The notes below the pieces were generated by a model. The model searched no databases. It was given only the letters and a program-made list of their open reading frames with translations, and was not told the origin of the DNA. 64,000 bases of DNA from Eledone cirrhosa (lineage: Eukaryota). Shown here piece by piece: positions 22,999-35,500 of this stretch; within the stretch, counting starts at the first letter, position 1; every line of letters begins with the position of its first letter. The position numbers were made by a program, and so were the translations under genes. The DNA is taken from contig OZ024740.1 in the NCBI GenBank assembly GCA_964016885.1, forward strand, positions 426,002,001 through 426,066,000. The letters are read 5' to 3'.

Positions 22999-23299
22999 AT
23001 AGGTACAAACAGAAAGATTGTGGTGGTGGTGGGGCTGTTCATTGTGGATTCAATCCTCCCCATTATGTGACATTGATTATGTTTTGACCTCGGAATACAA
23101 AATCGACCTCAGAAGCATTTGAAGAGAGGGTCTAACTAAATAGTTGAATGTGTTTTGTCTATCGTTCTCAAGGTTTGGGTAATTCACTGCATGGAAATCT
23201 AGTTTACATATTGCAAGGGGCTATGCGTGGTAGAGTGGTTAATGCAGCGGCTATTACTGGCTGTTTGTTGTTCGTGACAATACTTCCACCAATTTGTCA

Positions 23300-23635
23300 G
23301 CAAATCTCAGTTGAGATATACCCTTTCAACTTTCTCCAGTCGCAATCTGGTGCAATCTGCGACTAACCCAGGTTCTGCTGCACGTCGGGCTGAGGAGGAC
23401 AAACTCTCCAAATACCGGTCTCTCTCCGACAGGTTTGCGGTCGACCCTTGGCAGTGGAGACCTCTGGTGTCCTCGGCCCTAGGGCTACCTCCCTACTCAC
23501 CACCATAGGCGTGGAGCTGGTTGGAATGGCACTTCCAGCGCGTCTCCCTTGCCGTCCTCCGAAGAAACGCCTTCTCTATTCTGTCCGGCGGGGCTGTGGG
23601 GAGGCCACCAATATGATTGACCTACTTATCATTTG
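23300..23635 (+). pseudogene. 3' fragment of a CRE-like (RLE) non-LTR retrotransposon
   Basis: Translates across shifts to PGSAARRAEEDKLSKYRSL..AVETSGVLGPRA..QRVSLAVLRRNAFSIL, resembling the CRE-clade restriction-like endonuclease C-terminus. Confidence 0.7.
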
Positions 23636-23796
23636 ATCAGTCAACTGTTGCTGTCGTACCCTCTAAAGTGGAGTGTAGAAACAGCCGGGCCCCTCTCCAT
23701 ATTCCCTACTTTTGCTATATAAACTTATATCCCTTGTTTTTCGGGTTTTTTAAACCTGCAAAAGTTGATGAATTATAATGTTTGATTTTATTTTTA

Positions 23797-23980
23797 ATAA
23801 TTGTTTCTACAATTGGCACAAGGCCAGCAATTATCCGAGTGCATTACTGGTACTTTATTTTATCGACCCTTAATGATGAAAGGCAATGTTAACCTTGGCG
23901 GGATTTGAACTCAGACCATAAAGGGAGGTAACTATGCTGGAAAGCATGGCGTCTGACGCTTTACCGATACTGCCAATCCA
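23797..23980 (-). mobile_element. tRNA-derived-like SINE, copy
   Basis: Reverse complement of consensus. Confidence 0.85.
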
Positions 23981-24119
23981 AATAATGTTTATATGTTTAT
24001 CTGTTTATTTATTTAAATATTTATTTATATATTCAGTGGTGGTGCTCCAGAATGGCCAGTCTGCTAGAACAGGTAAAACTGACATACTGAGTCAGGAAGC
24101 ATCGGAATTTTTTCTGTTG

Positions 24120-24635
24120 TCACCGTCATCACCACCACCATCACCATCACCAACAACGCCACAACCACTACCACCACCATCACCATCACCATCACCACAA
24201 ACTCCTTTCTCACTACCACCAACTCCTTTCTCACTGCCACCAACACCAACACCAACACCATCATCACCAACACCTCAACTATCACCACCATCACTAGCAA
24301 CAGCTTCTTCATCACCATTAAGAATAACAATTACCACCACCATCACCACCACCACCACGATCACCACCACCACCATGACCACCGCCATCACCACCATGAC
24401 CACCACCATCACCACCACCACTACCATCGCCACCACCACCACCACCGCCACCACGACCACCACCACCACCATCACCACCACCACCACCATCACTACCACC
24501 ATCACCACCACCACCACCCTCACCACCATCATCACCACCACCAACACCATCACCACCACCATCACCACCACCATCACTACCACCACCACCATTCACCACC
24601 ACCACCATTCACCATCACCACCACCACCACCATCA
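24120..24635. repeat. Degenerate (ACC/ATC)n tract
   Basis: Direct reading; source of the poly-T/P ORF 23934..24638. Confidence 0.92.
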
Positions 24636-24809
24636 TAGTTCCGAATGAAATTGTTTAGAGTAATTTCTTTGTTGACCTTAGAAATATCTTAGTTGACCTT
24701 TGATATCTCCGTACTCCTACCAAGGCCAGCAGCAGCAGCAGAACAGCAGCAGCAGCAGCACCACCACCACCACCACCACCATCATCATCATCAACAACAA
24801 CAACAACAG

Positions 24810-25010
24810 ACTATTACTATTGCTACTACTACTACTACTACTGACATACTGAACGTGTAGGTCAGCATCCCTAAAGCCGGATATCGTATCTAATGACTGC
24901 TACACATCATTATAAAACCATTCCCTCCCTCATTACAAATAACCACCCCAAACCATACGTATGTAGAGCCAAAACCACACCCACATCTCATCAAGGTCAA
25001 TTGACATTCA
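24810..25010 (+). repeat. Direct repeat copy 2 (copy 1 at 22600-22790)
   Basis: Shared sequence as above. Confidence 0.88.
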
Positions 25011-25204
25011 CTTCCCACCCCATTACACCACAACTAATTGCTGCGACATTTCTTACACATTCCAAACATCCAAGTGGTTGCTACACCGGCTAGAAATAGA
25101 AACTATCGGTTAATAAGGACACAATAGTCAACGATATAGACTTTATTTTATAAGCTCAACATTCAGCTGATATCGTTTAAGGCCAACAAATACGTAACTA
25201 ATAA

Positions 25205-25543
25205 AATGACAAGTCAGTCAATCATATTGGTGGCCTCCCCACAGCCCCGGCGGACAGAATGGAGAAGGCGTTTCTCCGGAGGTCGGCAAGGGAGACGCGC
25301 TGGAAAAGCCATTCCAACTCGCGAGGCTCACATCTGCGGCTGGCCAGCTCAGCACCTATGGTGGGAATGTAGGGAATGTAGCCCCAGGGCCGGGGACACC
25401 AGAAGTTTCCACTGCCAAGGGTACAACCGCAAACCTGTCGCAGAGCGACCGGTATGTGGAGAGTTTGTCCTCCTCAGCCCGACAGCAGAACCTGGGTTAG
25501 TCACAGACTGCATAAGGTTGCCGCTGCAGAACGTGTCGGTGCA
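25205..25543 (-). pseudogene. Second CRE-like 3' fragment, inverted relative to 23300-23635
   Basis: Reverse complement reads CTDTFCSGNLMQSVTNPGSA..AEEDKLSTYRSL and shares the 3' end ggggctgtggggaggccaccaatatgattgac. Confidence 0.72.
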
Positions 25544-25606
25544 ATAGATAATGCAAACGATATAAACTATATCTCAAATATATATAATGTGATGTACGTT
25601 TTTGTA

Positions 25607-25762
25607 AGGCGGCGAAGTGGCAGAGTCGTTAGAGCTTTGGCTAGAAATCTGTGTGGTATTCTTTTTGAGTCTGTTCTCCGAGTTCAAATCCAGCCGATGT
25701 CAACTTTGCCTTTCATTAATTCGAGGGCGATAACAATACCAATCTAGTACTGGGATCGATTC
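25607..25762 (+). mobile_element. Related SINE subfamily copy
   Basis: ggcggcgaagtggcagagtcgttag..gagttcaaatccagccgatgtcaactttgcctttcat..; same head architecture, different body. Confidence 0.7.
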
Positions 25763-26103
25763 ATACTAAATATTTCTTTCTCACTTCCTTTTTCTCACTT
25801 GCTAACCTTCAAGGAAGAAATCTGCGGTGTTCAGGCCTGGAGAAGAGTTGTCTCCGCCAGGCTTAAAATGCCCTAGAATCGCCGTATGTCTCTACGGCAC
25901 CCTACGACTCTATCATGAGTTAAGGAACAATTCACTTCCACTAAGCCTGAACCTAATATAACCTAATATCACTCTATAAAATTGCCTCCTGTGTTTTTGT
26001 TTGTTTCATTTATACAGTATATCAAAGATATATTTAAAACCTGCTGGGTCTGAGTTAGATCTGGGGCTAAACAACCACTCCAATCTATATTATGATTATT
26101 ATA

Positions 26104-26296
26104 GGCCGGTGGATTGGCAGTATCGGTAGAGGGTCGGACGCCATGCTTTGCAGCATAGAGTTACCTCCCTTTATGATCCGAGTTCAAATCCTGCCGAGGT
26201 TAACTTTGCCTTTCATCCTTACGGGGTCAATAAAATAAAGTACCAGTAATGTACTGGGACAATTGCTGGCCTTGTGCCAAAAGTAGAAACAATTAT
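26104..26296 (+). mobile_element. tRNA-derived-like SINE, copy
   Basis: Near-complete consensus copy. Confidence 0.87.
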
Positions 26297-26750
26297 AATT
26301 ATCCCTCCCACACACTATGATTTTAAACACCCAATTGCATGAATACTCACATCTAATCAACATTTTCAATACCCTATTTTACCTATGTCAGATCCTAGGG
26401 TGTTTATATTTAGCATGTAGAAACCCTCTCAGGAGTATATTCCCACAGCCATATTGTTGATAATCACTACATTGATACTTCTATACATACACACACGCAC
26501 AAGCACACACACTCACACACCCACAGCATTGAAATATCTGAGACCGCCAGTAGACAACTGCTGAGGAACCCCGCCCCCATTCTTGCTTTCTTCTTATTCA
26601 CATTCCATTTTTAAGCCTAACTTACCTAGCAACTACACAACCATCCTACTCTCCATGCGCTGAGAAGAAGACTAAAATAAATAAATAAATAAATAAACAG
26701 ATAAAATAAAAATGGTGTAGACATACAATACAACAAGAGGAAACATAATA

Positions 26751-26796
26751 GTACCACTGATGATGTTGCAGATGTGCAACGAAAGTACTTTGATAG
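26751..26796 (+). ncRNA. Minimal hammerhead-like motif
   Basis: tacca-CTGATGA-t-gttgca(gatg)tgcaac-GAAA-GTAC-TT-tgata; perfect 6-bp stem II, palindromic GTAC, imperfect stem I. Confidence 0.6.
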
Positions 26797-26980
26797 AGTA
26801 TATATATATATTTATATCTGTATTTTTAACCGTTGGTCAGTCAGTGATAAACATGGATTGTCGAATGAATTAACTATGGAGATATACAAGATACAGAAGC
26901 GAAAAACCAACCAAACAGTGAGTGTGTTCTGTCATTATTTCTGGCAATATTATTACAACAATATGACCCTCCTCAAGTCT

Positions 26981-27062
<82 letters not shown>

Positions 27063-27719
27063 GCGAGATAAATACATACGTAGATAGATAGGTAGATAGA
27101 TAGTTATTGATATAGATGATAGAAATATATTAATTCTAACATGAAATGAAGTAAAGTTACCGTTATATCAGAAGAAGAAGAAGAAGAAGAAGAAGAAGAA
27201 AACAATTTAATAATCATTTATATTTCCTCTTTTTTTTTCCTCTTTGTACTTTATATATGTTTTTGTTTTGTTTCTGCGTTCGCTAGCTAACCTTTTTCTC
27301 CGCTGATGAGAGAATAGTGGAGTGGAACTATGCTTCGGTGATGGGCTTTTCACGGTTCGCTTGCCACCAGTCTGGGTGCAGCTAGCGTTAAAATGAAGGC
27401 ACTCGTTCTAATCAAAGTTAAGCGAATCTATTTCACGCTATTGCTTAGATTAGATTGATACTTTCGGTATTGCATTATTTTAAAATATAAGACTTTGAGA
27501 GGGGGAAAAGGCACTACTTACTAGCTCTACTAAAGTGAACAACTTATAAATGTATAGATGAATATGTAAATAAATATGTAAACAAATAAGCCAAAAAAAA
27601 AAAAATGAATAACAATATCCTAGGATCTCTATAATTGGTTGTATGATATTGTATGATTAAAATAGTAATTCTAACAGGCACAGGACAACAAAATTGTATG
27701 AAGTAGGGTAAATTTGATT

Positions 27720-27880
27720 AGATAGATTTCAGTATCGAGCTACTAGTACGTATTGTATTGTACCTTGGAGGGGTGAAATATAAAGTTGATCGTGATGGAA
27801 TTTGAACATAGAATGTAAACTGGTGGAAATAAACACCAAAAGATAATTCATTCGTCTCTCTACCGATTCTATCAATCCAG
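27720..27880 (-). mobile_element. Old, diverged SINE copy
   Basis: aaagttgatcgtgatggaatttgaacatagaatgtaaa..ctctaccgattctatcaatcca resembles the reverse-complement SINE. Confidence 0.55.
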
Positions 27881-27929
27881 ACACATTTCGTCGACCGGTC
27901 AAGCGATTTTGCAAATTCCAAGAAAGCCA

Positions 27930-28150
27930 CAGCTGGTCACAGATATTTCCTAGATACAAATTCCAGGTATATGTACAGCTGGTCATAGACCTTTCCTAGA
28001 AACAAAGCTGGTCATGGAAGTTTTCTAGATACAAAGCTGGTTGTAGAGGTTTCCTAGATAGCAAGCTGGTCAGAGAAGTTTCCTAGATATAAAGTTGGTC
28101 ATAGAAATGTCCTAGATACAAAGCTGGTCAGAGAAGTTTCCTAGATATAG
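27930..28150. repeat. 30-bp minisatellite, ~7 copies
   Basis: Unit approximately agctggtcatagaagtttcctagatacaaa in direct tandem. Confidence 0.9.
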
Positions 28151-28214
28151 TCCCCCGACAACGGTAATAGTTTAGATGTAAAATAGCGGCCCCATTTCAA
28201 ATTACTCGTTAAAT

Positions 28215-28669
28215 ATTTTAGCAATCAGTTCTAAATAAATGACCGAAAGAAAACGATAGCGAATACAAGCGGCCGAAAAGGGGTTCCCCGAAGGGTCTTT
28301 GGAGTAAGGTTACTTGATAGAGTGTGTAACTCGGGGATCAGAGATTTTCTCTAGGTAAAACCGCTACTTCTCCGAATGGAAAGATCACAGATCCAATACT
28401 CTGGGCATGTGGTTAGAATGTCTCAGGAAAGAATCGTTGGACAGATTTTAAGGGCAAAAGTAACCGACGGGAGATCCAGGGATAGACCCCGAGCAAGATT
28501 GTTGGATAACATCCCTTGAGCTTGGCTGGTCTCTCTTGGGGATCCAGCCGGATCAGTTGGAGATGGTTGCTACAGACAGGATCCACGAGAAAGTGTTTGA
28601 GCAATCTGCCCCCATGGCCCTCTTAGGAATAAGTGGGTGAAGAAGAAGAAGAAGAAGAAGAAGAAGAAG

Positions 28670-28699
<30 letters not shown>
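28215..28699 (+). pseudogene. 3' fragment of an RTE-clade LINE with (GAA)n tail
   Basis: Translates to LLDRVCNSGIR..PLLLRMERSQ..GHVVRMSQERIVGQIL..GRSRDRPRARLLDNI (RTE C-terminal GHV.RM / RGRPR-like), then (gaa)n at 28639-28699. Confidence 0.75.
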
Positions 28700-28700
<1 letters not shown>

Positions 28701-29366
28701 CGTTTACGCATTTAAGACGGTTACATTTAATACGTTGATATCGGTGTGGTTTAAAAATACTAAATGCCTTGCGGTGTTTAGTCCAAAGTCCTACTGATAG
28801 TGTTAATCCCTTTACCCACAGACAACAACAACAATGCTTTCAAACATAACTGCAAGGCATGGATATTTGTCAGTCGATTAAAAGTACTCCCAGTAATTAA
28901 CTAGGGCTTATTTCGATCAACAAGAGAACCATTATGTGGTCGATAGATCAGCTAGAATTAACAACGAATTTTACCTTAATATCACACCTGCTGTGTTAGG
29001 AAAATAAGTGATATATAATGAGGTTATTTTATCAGTCCTTTATTGTCATTTTATAAGTCAGATGTCTTTAGACGTTACCCAGTTAATTATAAATAACATT
29101 TATTTAGAGATGTTGAATGTATCATCTTGAAACCGAGCATACCACATATTAATTGGCCATCAATTTACGATGAATATGTTATCAGTTAATTCATACATAA
29201 TGTTATGAGGTCGTAGGTTTCCGCACATAGGACAGAGACGGAAGGGCTACGTTTTGAAGTTCTTTGATCATAAATATTTATTGAAGACGGCTGACATATG
29301 ACTAAACAACAATGTCAACAATTGTTGCCTTAAAAATAACAATGAAAACAAACAACGTATCTAATT

Positions 29367-29500
29367 ATAGTTCTTCTTTTGACACAAGGCCAGTAATTAC
29401 CCCAGTGCATTACAGGTGTTTTTATTTTATCGACACCGAAAGTATAAGTTAAAAGTACCAGTAATGCAGTAGGGTATTTACTGGTCTTGTGCCAAAAGGC
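29367..29500. mobile_element. Two short SINE 3' fragments in opposite orientation
   Basis: gacacaaggccagtaattaccccagtgcattac..tcgac followed by aaagtaccagtaatgcagtaggg..ctggtcttgtgccaaaag. Confidence 0.65.
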
Positions 29501-29579
29501 GTTAATTTTCCTGTTGTGAACTCCCACTGCACTTTTAGTACTAATACTACTAAAAACAAACTGCAACATCAGCTTCGAA

Positions 29580-32500
29580 AACAGCAACACGACAACAACC
29601 AACAACACCACAACCACCAACAACATCAGAACCACCAACAACATCACAAACAACAACAACACCACAAACACCAACAACACCACAACCACCAAAAACATCA
29701 CAACAACCAACGACACCACATCCACCAACAACACCACAACCACCAACATCACAACCACCAACGACACCAAAACGACCAACAAAAGCATAACCACCAACAA
29801 CACAACAACCACCAACAGCATCACAACAGCCAACAACAGCACAACCACCAACAACACCACAACCACCAACAACAACACCACAAACACTAATTTCATCACA
29901 ACCAACAACAACACCAAAATCATCAACAACAACACCGCAACCACCAACAACACCACAACCACCAACAACACCACAACCAACAACAACACCACAACCACCA
30001 ACAACATCACAACCACCAAAAAAACCACAACCGACAACAACACCACAACCAGCAAAAATACTACAAACGCCAACAACATCACAACCACCAACAACACCAC
30101 AACCACCAACAACACCACAACCACCAACAACACCACAACCACCAACAACACCACGACCACCTACAACGTCACAAGCAACAACAACACTACAACCACCAAC
30201 AACACCACAACCAACAACAACAACACTACAACAACCAAAAACAACACCACAACCACCAACAACACAACAACCACCAACAACACCACAACTACCAACAAAA
30301 CCACAACCAACAACAACACCACAACTACCAGCAACACTACAACCACCAACAACACCACAACCACCACCAACAATACCACAACCAACAACATCACAACAAA
30401 CAAAACCACGACCACCAACAACACCACAACCACCAACAACACCACAACCATCACAACCACCAACAACACTACAAGCACCAACAACATCACAACCAACATC
30501 ACCACGACCACCAACAACACCACAACCAACAACAACACCACAACCACCACAACCACCAACAACACCACAACCACCAACAACATAACAACCAACAACAACA
30601 TCACAACCACCAACAATACCACAACATTCAACAACACCACAACCACCAACAACACCAACACAACCACCAACAACATCACAACCAACAACACCACGACCAC
30701 CAACAACACCACAACCACCACAACCAGCAACAACATCACAACCACCAACAATACCACAACCAACAACAACACCACAACCACCACAACCACCAACAACACC
30801 ACAACCCCCAACAACATCACAACCAACAACAACATCACAACCACCAAAAATACCACAACCAACAACAACACCACAACCACCAATAACACCACCACAACCA
30901 CCAAAAACATCACAACCAACAACACCACAACCACCAACAACACCACAACCACCACAACAACCAACAACACCACAACCACCAACAATACCACAACCAACAA
31001 CGACACAACAACCACCACAACCACCAAAAACACCACAACCACCAACAACATATCAACCACCAACAACACCAGAAACAATAAAAAAACAAACAACCACCAA
31101 CAACATCACAAAAACCAACAACACCACAACCACCAACAACACCACAACCACCAACAACGTCACAACCACCAACAACAACAAAACGACCAACAACATCACA
31201 ACAACCAACAACACCACAAACACTAACAACACCAAAACCAACAGCAACACCACAACCACCAACAACATCACAACCACCAACAACACAGCAACTACCAAAA
31301 ACACTACAACCACCAACAACACCACAACGAACAACAACACCACAACCACCAACAACACCACAACCACCAACAACAACAACACAACCACCAGCAACACCAC
31401 AATCAACAACAACACCACAACCACCAACATCATCACAACCAACAACAACACCACAACCACCAACAACGACACCACAACCACCAACAACACCACAACCACC
31501 AACAACACCACAGCCAACAACAATACCACAACCACAAACAACATCACAACCACCAACAACACCACAACCACCAACAACACTACAACAACCATCAACACCA
31601 CAACCACCAACAACACCACAACCACCAACAACACCACATCCACCTACAACGTCACAAGCAACAACAACACCACAACCACCAACAACACCACAACCACCAA
31701 CAACATCACAACCTACAACAACAAAACCGCAACCACCAACAACACCACAACCACCAACAACACCACAACCACCAACAATACTACAACCACCAACAACACC
31801 ACAACCACCAACAACACCAAAACCAACAACAACACCAAAACCACCAACAACATCAAAACCACCAACAAAACCAAAACAGCCAACAACATCACAACCAACA
31901 ACATCCATACCACAACCACCAACAACAACACCACAACCACCAACAACATGACAACAGCCAACAACACCACAATCACCAACATCATCACAACCAACAACAA
32001 CACCACAACCAACAACACCACAACCGACAACAACACCACAACCACCAACAACACTACAACCTCCAACAACACCACAACCCCCAACAACACCACCACAACC
32101 ACCAACAAAACCACAACCACCAACAACACCACAACCACCACAACTATCAACAACACCACAACCACCAACAATACCACAACCACCAACAACATATCGACCA
32201 CCAACAACACCAGAAACAATAAAAAAACAAACAACCACCAACAACATCACAAAAACCAACAACACTACAACCACCAACAACACCACAAACACCAACAACG
32301 TCACAACCAACAACAACAACAAAACGACCAACAACATCACAACAACCAACAACACCACAAACACTAACAACACCAAAACCAACAACAACACCACAACCAC
32401 CAACAACAACACCAAAACCACCAACAACACCACAACCAACAACAGCAACACCACAACCACCAACAACATCACAACCACCAACAACACAGCAACTACCAAA

Positions 32501-35500
32501 AACACTACAACCACCAACAACACCACAACGAACAACAACACCACAACCACCAACAACACCACAACCACCAACAACAACAACACAACCACCAGCAACACCA
32601 CAATCAACAACAACACCACAACCACCAGCATCATCACAACCAACAACAACACCACAACCACGAACAACGACACCACAACCACCAACAACACCACAACCAC
32701 CAACAACACCACAACCAACAACAATACCACAACCACAAACAACATCACAACCACCAACAACACCACAACCACCAACAACACTACACCAACCAACAACACC
32801 ACAACCACCAACAACACCACAACCACCAACAACACCACATCCACCTACAACGTCACAAGCAACAACAACACCACAACCACCAACAACACCACAAACACCA
32901 ACAACATCACAACCTACAACAACAAAACAGCAACCACCAACAACGCCACAACCACCAACAACACCACAACCACCAACATACTACAACCACCAACAACACC
33001 TCAACCACCAACAACACCAAAACCAACAACAACACCAAAACCACCAACAACATCAAAACCACCAACAAAACCAAAACAACCAACAACATCACAACCAACA
33101 ACAACCATACCACAACCACCAACAACAACACCACAACCACCAACAAAACCACAACCACCAACAACACCACAACCACCACAACTATCAACAATACCACAAC
33201 CACCAACAATACCACGACCAACAACAACACCACAACAAGCAACAACACCACAACCAACAACAACACCACAACCACCAACAAAACCACAACCACCAACAAC
33301 ACCACAACCACCACAACTATCAACAATACCACAACCACCAACAATACCACGACCAACAACAACACCACAACAAGCAACAACACCACAACCAACAACAACA
33401 CCACAACCACCAACAACACCACGACAACCACCAACAACATCACAACCAACAACACCACAACCACCAACAACACCACAACCAACAACAACACCACAACCAC
33501 CACCAACAACACCACAACCACCAACAACAAAACCACAACCACCAACAATATCACAACCAACAACACAACAACACCACAACCACCAATAACACCACAACCA
33601 CCCACAACACAACAACCACCAACAATACCACAACCAACAACAACACCACAACCACCACAACCACCAACAACACCACAACCATCAACAACATCACAACCAA
33701 CAACAACATCACAACCACAACAATACAACAACATTCAACAACACCACAACCACCAACAACACCACAACCAAAAACAACATCACAATCACAACAATACTAC
33801 AACATCACAACCAACAACACCAGAACCACCAACAACACCAGAAACACCAACAACACCACAACCACCACAACCACCAACAATGCCTAAACCACCACAACCA
33901 CCAACAACACGACAACCACCAACAATACCACAACCAACAACAACACCAAAACCACCACAACCATCAACAATACCACAACCACCAACAACACCACCACAAC
34001 CACCAACAACATCACAACCAACAACACCACAACCACCAACAACACCACACCCAACAACTACTTCACAACCAACAACAACATCACAACGACCAACAATACC
34101 ACAACCAACAACAACACCACAACCACCAACAACACCACAACCACCAACAACACCACCACCAACAACACCACAACCACCAACAATACCACAACCACCAACA
34201 ATACCACAACCACCAACAACATCGCAACCAACAACGACAACACCACAACCACCAACAACACCACAACCACCAAGAACATCACAACCAACAACAAACCTAC
34301 AACCACCAACAACGCCACAACCACCAACAACATCACAACAACCAACAACCCCACAGCCACCAACAACACCACAACCACCAACAACACCACAACCATCAAC
34401 AACACCACAACCACCAACAACACCACAACCACCAACAACATCAACACCAACAACAACACTACAAACTCCAACAACACCACAACCACCAACAACATCACAA
34501 CAGCCAACAATACCACAACCACCAACAACACCACAACCACCAACAACAACACCACAACCACCAATATCATCATAACCAACAACAACAACACAACCACCAA
34601 CAAGGCCACAACCACCACAACCACCAACAACACGACAACCACTAACAATACCACAACCAACAACAACATCACAACCACGACAACCACCAACAACACCACA
34701 ACCACCAACAACACCACAACCACCAACACCACCACAACCATCAACAATACCACAACCACCAACAACACCACCACAACCACCAACAACATCACAACCAACA
34801 ACACCACAACCACCAACAACACCACAACCAACAACTACATCACAACCAACAACAACATCACAAACACCAACAATACCACAACCAACAACAACACCACAAC
34901 CACCAACAGCACCACAACCACCAACAACACCACCACCGCCAACAACACCACAACCACCAACAATACCACAACCACCAACAACATCGCAAGCAACAACGAC
35001 AACACCAAAACCACCAACAACACCACAACCACCAAGAACATCAAAACCAACACCAAACCTACAACCACCAACAACACCACAACCACCAACGACACCATAA
35101 CTAAGAACAACACCAAAACGACCAACAACATCAACACCAACAACAACACCATAAACTCCAACAACACCACAACCACCAACAACATCACAACAGCCAACAA
35201 TACCACAACCACCAACAACACCACAACCACCAACAACAACACCACAACCACCAATATCATCACAACCAACAACAACACCACAACCACCAACAACACCACA
35301 ACCACCAACAACACCACAACCAACAACAACACCACAACCACCAACAACATCACAACCACCAACAATACAACAACCAACAACAACCCCACAACCACCAACA
35401 ACACTACAACCATCAACAATACCACAACCACCAACAACACCACAACGAACAACAACATCACAACCACCAACAACATCACAGCTAGCAACAACATAAAAAC

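Noticed and set aside
27300-27345. Hammerhead at ctgatgagag
   Set aside because: Hairpin is not followed by GAAA-N-UH
27930-28150. CRISPR array
   Set aside because: 30-bp units are contiguous with no unique spacers, there are no cas genes, and the context is eukaryotic
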